A DNA stretch of 64,000 nt from Antedon mediterranea (taxonomy: Eukaryota > Animalia > Echinodermata): the NCBI RefSeq assembly GCF_964355755.1, contig NC_092673.1, positions 14,852,948 through 14,916,947 on the forward strand, in the 5' to 3' direction. Both the position numbers and the translations under genes were made by a program. Of this stretch, positions 1 through 8,203 are shown one piece after another. The notes under the pieces are model-generated. The model ran no database searches. It was not told the DNA's origin and worked only from the letters and a program-made list of their open reading frames with translations. Position 1 is the first letter of the stretch; each line of letters begins with the position of its first letter.

Positions 1-1097
1 AAATAAAAAAATAAAAAATAAAATAACGACCTCGCTCGTTTTCGCCGAGTCGCTCTTCGACGCTTTTGAAGTAATCTTTGCAAACGCTGACAGCGTTCTC
101 GTTGGTTTTCGCCAGCAAGTTTCTGTGAACGTCCAGTATCTGTTTAATCGAGGAGGCTCCGGTGATGTGAACGTCTTCTTGCATCTTCGGAAATCGCTGC
201 TTTAAAAGATTGCTTATTTGGTTCTTGAAAGCCCTGTCCGACGTGGCGTCGTCGACGAGTTCGTTGGCGGCCCTGAACGTAGCCGCCACGTCCACTTCCA
301 CGTGCTCGTTTTCGTTCGGGGCCGTCAACTTTTCGGTGAACTCTTCGAAGTCGCTCATCCTTTTCTTGTACTCCGGCCCCTGTTTGTCCTGCGCGATCTT
401 GTGTACGTTCAGAATGAAATCTCCGAACTGAACCCTCCAGAGATCCAACTTTTCTTTGAACGTGTCTAGCTTCTGTTTGTTGCACTCGTCCTTGCTCTTG
501 AGCATACACAGTATGGTGTTGAGATTGTCCTGCGAAACGGTGCTTGCAAGTTTTTCGATCGTCTCCACCTTTTTGCAGAATGTTCTCGTCAGACGCCATC
601 ACGTTCTCCGCAGGCCCGTTTTCTGCTCCACGCTTATACCCGAATCTCTCTCTGGCAACTCTAAGCGCCATTTCTTCGTCATCGCAGTAAACGGCCACCG
701 TTCCTTTCCTCTGGCCTGTCTCGACCAGAGAAACTTCTACGCACTTTGTGTGATCGGCTCGCCTGTAGCTGAGAGACAGGCAGTTCAGATTCCGAGAGAA
801 CGGGCTGTTGAGAAAGTTCTCGTCCTCGATCTCCAACAGGACGGCGACGGCCCCGCCGTTCTCCGTGTTGGATCCGGGGTACGTGCGATCTCTCCACCAT
901 TTCCGGACGGTGCCGATGCCGTCCGGGGAATGCACGCCTTTGCCGTTCTCGCGTCCCTTCACGTGCTTCCAACGAACCGGGAGCTTCTCGAGATTCCATC
1001 GTTTCACCACGTCGGGAGTCACGTCGTACTCTTCGTCCCGGGCCTCGAGTTTGACGTCCGTAACCACGTAGCCGACCGCGAACCTCTTTATCTTCAT
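1..1097 (-). CDS. Assemblin-like capsid maturation protease plus C-terminal scaffold-like region (1-nt frameshift at the T5 run 570-574; 3' end open at window edge)
   Basis: Motifs LPVRWKH, GIGTV, CLSLSYRR and EVSLVETGQRKGTVAVY parallel herpes protease LPLNINH, VGHV, GLSLSS and HVALCSVGRRRGTLAVY. Removing one base at 570-574 gives a stop-free, helix-rich continuation (QKVETIEKLASTVSQDNLNTILCMLKSKDECNKQKLDTFKEKLDLWR...) to position 1. Likely start is MKIKR at 1097. Confidence 0.78.
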
Positions 1098-1612
1098 CGC
1101 AGCCTCTTCAACTCCTTCTTTGCGTTCTTCTTTGCGTTCTTCTTTCTCCTGACGTATTTCATCGCTAAGGTACACCTTTCGGCTTTAAGGCGAGCGAGAT
1201 CCTCTTTGTCGTCTTCTTCTATCCTGCAAGGTCTGATGCTCAACGTTTTCTCCTTCAGGTCCACCAACGCCGTAATGTTTTCCGACATGCCGATGAGTAT
1301 CACAGTTAACCAGTCTATGTGTCTGACGTCGACGAACACCACTCCGTCTGCATGTTTCTTGTCGTCGACGATCGACCTGCAGAAAGACGACATGCGGCAA
1401 GCTATCAACGCCACGGTGGGATGGAGATCGGACCTCTGGAACGAAGAATGGTCGTTTGGGATTCCTAATCCGGCTATCTCGCAATTGCACCGAATGCCGC
1501 GAGAGAAGTGCACGGCTCCTGCAAGGAGAGAACAGTCGATGCAACAGCGCATGCCCCCTCGACACGAATCCAACAAAATCCGTAATTCAAGTTCCGATAT
1601 GGTACTCTCCAT
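1094..1612 (-). CDS. Cys-rich 172-aa viral hypothetical protein with basic C-terminal tail
   Basis: ATG at 1612 (MESTISEL); the longer ORF-track start lies in microsatellite; CRGGMRCCIDC..H..CNC cluster; RRKKNAKKNAKKELKRLR tail; its TGA overlaps the protease ATG. Confidence 0.65.
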   Translation of the reverse strand: MESTISELELRILLDSCRGGMRCCIDCSLLAGAVHFSRGIRCNCEIAGLGIPNDHSSFQRSDLHPTVALIACRMSSFCRSIVDDKKHADGVVFVDVRHIDWLTVILIGMSENITALVDLKEKTLSIRPCRIEEDDKEDLARLKAERCTLAMKYVRRKKNAKKNAKKELKRLR

Positions 1613-1634
1613 CGTGTGAAATTTTGTTTTTTTA

Positions 1635-1722
1635 CGTGTGTGTGCGGGTGTGTTTGTGTGTGCAGGGTGTGTTCGTGCGTGCAGGGTGTGTTTGTGTGGG
1701 TGTGGTGTGAGTGGGTGCCTGC

Positions 1723-1763
<41 letters not shown>

Positions 1764-1770
1764 GTGTGCA
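1635..1770. repeat. (TG)n/(TA)n microsatellite
   Basis: Visible dinucleotide runs in an intergenic spacer. Confidence 0.9.
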
Positions 1771-1984
1771 TATGAATTTTAAAGATTATGTTAGTAATTA
1801 ATATTTTTCGAAAAAAAAAATAAATAAACAGAAATTAATACAACAACAAAAAACGAGCCAAAGTTTCTTTGATTTTTATTCATTTATTTATTTTATATAA
1901 GTCTAATAATATTAATAGACTAAAATCATAGCATGCAATTACATTTTTTTTTTTTTTTTTTAGGTTTTCTTTCGTTGGGTGTTT

Positions 1985-3331
1985 TCATAGATAATTTCTG
2001 AGGTCGACAAACTCGTCTATCTTTATGTCGTATTCGCTCACCCGTAACCATCCGTGCAGAAGCATCAACTTCAGCATGACGCTGCGGTCATAGCGACATG
2101 TATCGATCTGAAGCGAAGAGAAATGAAATATCGACTGATGAGGTTCCACGGCGGCCACCAGCTTCCGTGATTCGAAATCCATGTTCTCGATGTGGAGAGT
2201 CCAGCGTGTTCTTTTTTTGCGGACGACGACGTCGTCGAATGACAGTTTCGTGCACCCCGTCAGCTTGACCAACCTCAAGTTTTCGTTCGAGTTCATGAGT
2301 TCGTCGAAGAAAGCGTCGGAAATTTCGGAATCGTGTATCTCTATCGTGGTCAGGTTCGTCAAACGTTCGAAAGGTAACGCGTCGACTTTGTCCAACGCGC
2401 CGTCTCTGACGTCCATCGCGAACCTTATTCCGGTCACTTGCGTAGGTTGGTTGGTGGAAGCAATTAACCTGGCCAGGCCCAGCTTGCTCAGTCGAGGTTT
2501 GGGCGAGAATTCTACGACTTCGAAATACGGCGTGATGTTGGTCGTGAGAAGGTACGAATCGTCCACCTCGCTCAGATCGAACGGTTCGGTCGTCTTCCAG
2601 CGATCGCTGACGGACGTCAAGTTCATGTGTCTCACCATGCACTTGGCCCTGTTGGTTCCGTCGTACTTTCGCAGCCACCTGTCGTAACCTTTGTCGTGAT
2701 GACGCGTAAGTTTGACGGAAACCGTGCAGCCGACGAACACCACGTAGCGTAAGTGAGGTCTTTCGTCGTATCCTGTTGGGCCTAAGGCCGAGACTAGCAT
2801 TTTCAGCGACACCCTCATGCCGACGCATCTCAACGTCCAGGGTCGCACCTTTCGGACAACTCTCGCATTTTCGTCGAACGGCAAACCGGAGCAATCGACC
2901 AACTCCACGTACTCTATGCTGTCGACGTCGTTCAGAACGTTCGTCAGGAAACGTGGTTCGAGATTGGCGTTGACGACCGTCAGCCACGTCAGGGTCGAGA
3001 AGGCCGACGGCGTAACCTCCGATGAAAATGTCGGATTTTCGTCTTTCTTGTTGGCTAGCGATATACGGATGCCTTCCGGTCTTTTATCGTGAGGCACGTG
3101 TTGCAGATCGTGAACGAGTAGGCGGTTCAGAGTCTCTCTCGAAATGTTCACTTCTTTACTTTCCATGTCTTTCAAGGCACCCGTCACCGTTTTCGTTCGA
3201 TTATACAATGCGTTACCAAAATGAGAATTCACATTGGCCACCTCCAAGAGGCTAAGATTATCGTCGCTCAGACAATTCACGATATCACACAACACTTCCA
3301 GCGGAATGTCTAAGACGTTGGTCGTTGACAT
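1985..3331 (-). CDS. F-box protein with a duplicated LRR-like domain (448 aa)
   Basis: N-terminal VLDIPLEVLCDIVNCLS..LLEVANVNSHF fits the F-box consensus; two similar blocks (GIRI..LTWLTV..VELVDCSGLPFD..WTL and GIRF..LTTIEI..VKLTGCTKLSFD..WTL). Confidence 0.75.
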   Translation of the reverse strand: MSTTNVLDIPLEVLCDIVNCLSDDNLSLLEVANVNSHFGNALYNRTKTVTGALKDMESKEVNISRETLNRLLVHDLQHVPHDKRPEGIRISLANKKDENPTFSSEVTPSAFSTLTWLTVVNANLEPRFLTNVLNDVDSIEYVELVDCSGLPFDENARVVRKVRPWTLRCVGMRVSLKMLVSALGPTGYDERPHLRYVVFVGCTVSVKLTRHHDKGYDRWLRKYDGTNRAKCMVRHMNLTSVSDRWKTTEPFDLSEVDDSYLLTTNITPYFEVVEFSPKPRLSKLGLARLIASTNQPTQVTGIRFAMDVRDGALDKVDALPFERLTNLTTIEIHDSEISDAFFDELMNSNENLRLVKLTGCTKLSFDDVVVRKKRTRWTLHIENMDFESRKLVAAVEPHQSIFHFSSLQIDTCRYDRSVMLKLMLLHGWLRVSEYDIKIDEFVDLRNYL

Positions 3332-3718
3332 TTTTGATTTTTCAAAAAAAAAAATATTCTCTCAAAAATTGGTTTGTTTTATTAAACAGTTTACTTGGTG
3401 ACATTTATATTGGTCAATTGCCTCTTTAATTTTTTTTTTTTTTTTAAATTTTGGTTTTTTTTTTCACCTCTGTTCAAGTGCAATAGTTGAATTAAAATTA
3501 AAAATCATCAAGTTTGCATGCATCCATCTTCAATTGTCCCAAACTACTTGTCTGATAAATCACATTGCTGTTTAAAGAAGAAGAAGAGAAAAAAAAAAGA
3601 AAACAAAAATCAGAAATAGATAATGGGAGGGGGTGGGGGGGGGGAGAAACTAAATAAAAGGGAAGAATACATCAACATCACACACACAAAAAAAAAAAAA
3701 ATAATAATAATCGTCTCT

Positions 3719-3907
3719 TTAACTTACATTAAACAACCTTTTTCTCTGCAAGCGAGGAGTAGGCTTGACGCATGGAGCACGAGGCGAACCGTCTTTAAAG
3801 CCTATGTACCCGTCCTTTGTCTTTTCAGCATCCTGCGTTCTTTTCGGTGTGACCAGTACGATTGACTTGTCTGAATAGTTTTTTAATCTTCTGAATCGAT
3901 ACATCAT
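3719..3907 (-). CDS. Small basic 62-aa protein with SP/TP sites and a C-terminal RKRLF motif
   Basis: GC-rich island between AT-rich spacers, same strand as neighbouring genes, ACAATG start context. Confidence 0.45.
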   Translation of the reverse strand: MMYRFRRLKNYSDKSIVLVTPKRTQDAEKTKDGYIGFKDGSPRAPCVKPTPRLQRKRLFNVS

Positions 3908-4077
3908 TGTTATGCGTCTCGAGTCTTGGGCAACTTTCGAAAAAAAAATTTTTTATTTTTTTTTTTTGGCCTGGCTAAAGGTTCTTGTGTCATATACTGC
4001 AGTGCAATAAACAGTTCGTGCAGTTTCCTTGGCCTCTTATAAACTCCTCACAAAAACAAAAAAATCGATGACGGTCG

Positions 4078-7000
4078 CTATCGTGAGAAAGCGACAGGAG
4101 TCGTGGGAGTGTAGTCTTCCGATCCGTAGAGATTGCGTCTTTCCGAAAGGAACGATCGGTCCTTCGAAGTCTTGAATGTCTTCGGAGGGTAATCCTCTTC
4201 ACGTGCATAACTCGTTTTATCGAGACGCGCACGTCGTTCATCGATCGTCTCGGTTTTGAGTTTGGCGATGAACTTGTCCACGTCCTCTTCGACATCGTCG
4301 CAGGTGTCGGTGTACCAGCTCAACGGGCTGATTTTGTAAGGTCTGTTGGTGGCGTCGGTCCTCGAGTTGCCGGCGTTCATGTCCTTTTGTTTCAAAAGTT
4401 TTCTGACCGATTCTTTCAAGCGATCGAGATCCTGTTGGCAAGACACAAGAAAGTGGACCGGTCGACCAAGTTCCGATTTGACGTCGAACACGTCGTCGTC
4501 AAATTCGTCTATGTTTCCCTCAAAGTTAGCTTTCACCAACTTCATTCGGATCACGTTCAAGGCGGCCGCATCGTGAGTGACCGTCCGACATTTCGGACAC
4601 TCGACAGAGTTCATTCGCGTGTCTTTGGCGCGATTCCTTATCATCTCCCGATAGCAGGACTTGTGAAAGATGTGCGCACCGTTCCAGTCCGCCTCTTCTC
4701 CTCGGCTGCGGTGATCGTTGGCGGCACGGATAAGCTCTTGAGCGTTCGGGGCGCTTTCGCCTAACGACTCGGCGAGTGCGATGGCCTTGCAAGGCAGGGC
4801 TTCTAGCGAACGACATCCGAACTCATACATGCATATGGCGCACGTTTCACGCTGGAATCGCATCACCTCTTCGGCGTACTCGCCAGAGGCGTTTGCAGCG
4901 TCGTCTTTGTCTAAACGATTGTACTCCATGGAAATCGTCAGTCCGCCGACCAGCGTCTCGTACGAATCTGCACCGTCCACGTCCACGACCCTCATGTACG
5001 GATCGGAGCGATCGTACCGTCTCTTCGCGAAAAGGTTGTTGAGTCGTCCGGTTTGGTTGGAATTGAAAAACCTGAAGACGTCGGAGAATACTTTGACGAC
5101 GGCCTGCCTGCGCTCGCGGTCTTTGCTCAGATCGAAAATGCCTCGCAACTGGCCGTAACAGTAGTCGAAGGCCGCTTTGCGACCGGCCTCCGACAGTTTG
5201 AATTTCGATCTAGTGAAATTCACTATGTTTTTTAAGACTTGACCAGCTGCCTCGTGGCCAAAGTTTACTCGCGGATCCATGACTTCGTCGACGATAGTTT
5301 TTATTCCTTTGAAAGCGTCGAGTCTGTGCACCCTGATAGCGGTCGGATTCATTACGGCCAAAGCGGTGCTTACTGCACCACCACCGCTGCTGTTTCCGCC
5401 ATCACCACCACCGCCACCGCCACCGCGGCCGCCACCAGGGCGACATTCGTTCGTTTCTTCCTCTCCTTCTTCTTCTTCTTCTTCTTCTTCTTCTTCTTTT
5501 TCTTCGTCCTCGGAAAACCTGTCGCCGCCGCCGTACTGTTCTCTAAGTCGTCTTTTAGCGTTCGTAACTGCGATTTCACCTTCTGGATCGAGTTTGGCGT
5601 TTATCAACCTAAAACTGTATTGGGCTGCCCTTCTCGCGTTCGCCTGCAAGATAGCGCCGTCGTAGCCCAGCGTTTTGTTAGTCAAAGCGCTCATGTCGTA
5701 TCCGTCGTTGTTGGAGACGGTCTGATCGAAGTCGGATTCGTTCATCCTCATGAGTTTTACCATCGGGTTATCCTCCACCGTTTTTTTCATGTTCGACAGG
5801 AAGTTCGTGTCGGTCCGGTTCTCGTCGATCCTCCTTCTGCTCACTGCCGTCGACATGGCCATGATCGCGTTGAACCTGTCGTCGTCGAGCACGAGTCTTT
5901 TCCCTTCCTCCAACATTTCTTCGCGCCAGCGTCTCTGAGCACGACACGCTTCGTCCATGTTCTTCACCTTCTTCCACATCACCAACTCGTTTTCGATGGT
6001 CGTCAGCCTGAAAAGATTCTCTGTGTGCACCTCGCAAAATTCGGTGGATCGTCTCGTAAAGTCCGGGTGGACGGCGGCGTCCGTCTCGTCTTCGAGGAAA
6101 GGGTACTGCCTCAGCAGCGTGTGCTCGTCCACTATCTGATACATTCGACTTCTTTCGGTGACGTCCACGTCCGTCACCTGCTTCACGTCCGCCATCGTGT
6201 ACAAGTGCTCCCGTTCCATGTGCTGCATACGATTGTAGTCGTTCTTGAAACGACGGTTGCACTTACGGACACGACAGCGCCGGCGCAGCAGGACTCTGAG
6301 CTGCGAATCATCGACTCCGGAAGCGACGGCCGTCCTGCGTTCGGGCGGTTGGTCGTCGTCGTCGATTTCCTTCTCCGTCAGCCGGGCTCCGATCTGTACG
6401 AGTCGCGCGGATCTCTCGCTCCAGTCGTACTCTCTCAGATACCTCTCGACACCAGTTCCCGCCTCCTGCATGTCTAAGCGTTTCAGAACGGTCTTGATCA
6501 GCTTGTCGAACTTCACGTTTCCGCCGCTCTCGTCTTCCAGCACCGAATCGACGGTAGACATTAGCCGAGCCGGAATCACGGCCACAGCTTTCGGCTCTTT
6601 ATCGAAAAAGTGGCACGAGTTGGCGCAGCATATGCGAGCGACCATCAGCACGGTCAGCTGTTTCGCTTGATTTCCTAAGGGGAACGCGTTGCCTTTGTTG
6701 ACTACGTTCTTGTTCAGAAAATGCCAATGCTGCTTGGCAATGCTGGTCAACGCTACCGCCACGGACGCGACGTTTCCGAAAGACGACCGAGACCTGAACC
6801 TGTCGATAGAACGCGGATCGTTGCCGACGTTCGAAAACTTCGCATCTCCGTTTGCGATCGCCTCTCTCATCTTCGGCATAGACCTGAGAGTGTAAAGCGT
6901 GTACGTTTCGTTATCGGCGGCAAGTTTCGACAGAGTTTCGACGATGCCGGCACCCATCGGTCGGTCTCCGGCCAGCCTCACCATCTGAGACAACGTTATG

Positions 7001-7284
7001 CAGTCCTTCTGCAACGTGTCGTCCAACCTGCTCTGAAACTCTCGCATGGACAGGATTTCGCCGCCTTTCACCTTTTCTTCGAGAAGCGGCAGTTCCGGTC
7101 GCGGTTCGTTACCGACCATGTACACTTTCAACTTCACGCTATTGATTTTGGGATAGCAGGGACCGTAACCTCCGACAGAAGGGAGTTGCACATCTTGGGC
7201 GGTGTAACGAGCGCGGGCAGCTTTCGATGTAGACGGGTAGTCCGTAGAACGAGGAAGGTACCTCTTTCGTTCGTATTTCGACAT
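4078..7284 (-). CDS. 1068-aa C2H2 zinc finger + RING-H2 protein (putative viral E3 ubiquitin ligase)
   Basis: C2H2 CRVRKC...HMEREH (~6205-6276); RING-H2 CAIC..LPC..HIFHKSC..CPKCR (~4585-4842); poly-E and poly-G linker; intronless. Confidence 0.8.
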   Translation of the reverse strand: MSKYERKRYLPRSTDYPSTSKAARARYTAQDVQLPSVGGYGPCYPKINSVKLKVYMVGNEPRPELPLLEEKVKGGEILSMREFQSRLDDTLQKDCITLSQMVRLAGDRPMGAGIVETLSKLAADNETYTLYTLRSMPKMREAIANGDAKFSNVGNDPRSIDRFRSRSSFGNVASVAVALTSIAKQHWHFLNKNVVNKGNAFPLGNQAKQLTVLMVARICCANSCHFFDKEPKAVAVIPARLMSTVDSVLEDESGGNVKFDKLIKTVLKRLDMQEAGTGVERYLREYDWSERSARLVQIGARLTEKEIDDDDQPPERRTAVASGVDDSQLRVLLRRRCRVRKCNRRFKNDYNRMQHMEREHLYTMADVKQVTDVDVTERSRMYQIVDEHTLLRQYPFLEDETDAAVHPDFTRRSTEFCEVHTENLFRLTTIENELVMWKKVKNMDEACRAQRRWREEMLEEGKRLVLDDDRFNAIMAMSTAVSRRRIDENRTDTNFLSNMKKTVEDNPMVKLMRMNESDFDQTVSNNDGYDMSALTNKTLGYDGAILQANARRAAQYSFRLINAKLDPEGEIAVTNAKRRLREQYGGGDRFSEDEEKEEEEEEEEEEGEEETNECRPGGGRGGGGGGGDGGNSSGGGAVSTALAVMNPTAIRVHRLDAFKGIKTIVDEVMDPRVNFGHEAAGQVLKNIVNFTRSKFKLSEAGRKAAFDYCYGQLRGIFDLSKDRERRQAVVKVFSDVFRFFNSNQTGRLNNLFAKRRYDRSDPYMRVVDVDGADSYETLVGGLTISMEYNRLDKDDAANASGEYAEEVMRFQRETCAICMYEFGCRSLEALPCKAIALAESLGESAPNAQELIRAANDHRSRGEEADWNGAHIFHKSCYREMIRNRAKDTRMNSVECPKCRTVTHDAAALNVIRMKLVKANFEGNIDEFDDDVFDVKSELGRPVHFLVSCQQDLDRLKESVRKLLKQKDMNAGNSRTDATNRPYKISPLSWYTDTCDDVEEDVDKFIAKLKTETIDERRARLDKTSYAREEDYPPKTFKTSKDRSFLSERRNLYGSEDYTPTTPVAFSR

Positions 7285-7517
7285 TACAATTTTGTTTGTT
7301 TTGTTTTTTGTGGTTTTTTTTGTGTTTTTTTTTTTCTGGTGATGATAATTTGCCGTATGTGTTTGGGTTTATTTCTTAAATTCTTATTTTTATTTTATTT
7401 ATTTTTAATAATTATTTTACATTGAAAATGTTCACATCGTTTCTTAAATATGATTTAAAAAAAGAAAAATAAATAAAAAGTAAAAGTAAAAAAACACTGT
7501 GTATACGTTTTTTTTTT

Positions 7518-8203
7518 TTAACGTCTGCTCGAGTGGCTTCTTCTGCCACCTAACAGATGGCGGTCGTCTGTGTTGTCCATCAATCTCGAGTATTCGTAAC
7601 CGTCGTCAAATTCGTCGTCATCGTTTCCTCCTCTTCCCCTGTTCCTGTCGCCCGAGTGCACGGTACTCGTGGACCACCAGTGGTGATAGACTCCGTATAT
7701 CATGTGGGCGACCGAAGCGATGACGGCGAGTATGAGGAGTACTCGGTTTGTGGTCGGAGTGAACGAGGAACTGCAAAACGGTTCGTGCACGTACTCCGTC
7801 GTCAAGTAACAGTACGGTATGCTGTACGCGAGGAGTCCTAACATGACAGCCGCGCCGACAGGTGCAGTGTGCAATATCATGCGTTCCCATACGGCCGGCT
7901 GTCTGTATCTTTTCAGATGTCTCTCAAACGAGAAACGAGTCATCAGGTACAAAAAGTTGACTATTATGGCAAAAACGTCAGCCTCTACCGCGTAAAGCAG
8001 AGGACGACTCACAAAAACAAAGTCGATCTTGCCGGGATGTCGATCGACTCGCTCGCTTTCGTTCACCAAGAAAACTGCGGAGATCAACACGCCCATCATG
8101 TAGAACAGCTTCTGGAGATGGAGCGCAAAGTGATCGTGCCTCTGTACTGGTGGACCACATAACCGTGGTACTTTATGGGCAGTTGGTCCTTTGTCCTTGT
8201 CGA
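7518..8203 (-). CDS. Multi-pass membrane protein (about 4 TM segments), possibly the last exon of a spliced gene
   Basis: Hydrophobic segments in the 193-aa ORF; frame stays open upstream of the ATG at 8099, through an AG acceptor-like site (TTTCATTAG) at ~8204. Confidence 0.6.

Larger units (their letters stand above)
1..8200 (-). mobile_element. Endogenous herpes-like (Duplodnaviria) viral segment, truncated by the left window edge
   Basis: GC/CpG-rich co-oriented ORFs, largely intronless, separated by short AT-rich spacers with AATAAA signals; contains an assemblin-like protease; sharp shift to AT-rich host-type DNA after ~8200. Confidence 0.8.

Noticed and set aside
144-570. C-terminal part of the 343-aa ORF as annotated
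   Set aside because: Arg/Gly-rich off-frame translation after the homopolymer shift; the alternative frame is far more protein-like
456-7425. Long plus-strand and alternate-frame ORFs (387, 412, 299, 234 aa etc.)
   Set aside because: Shadows of GC-rich minus-strand genes; no motifs
1-8200. Bacterial or phage contamination
   Set aside because: F-box, RING and C2H2 genes, AATAAA signals and microsatellites indicate a eukaryotic virus; a chimeric join still needs read checks
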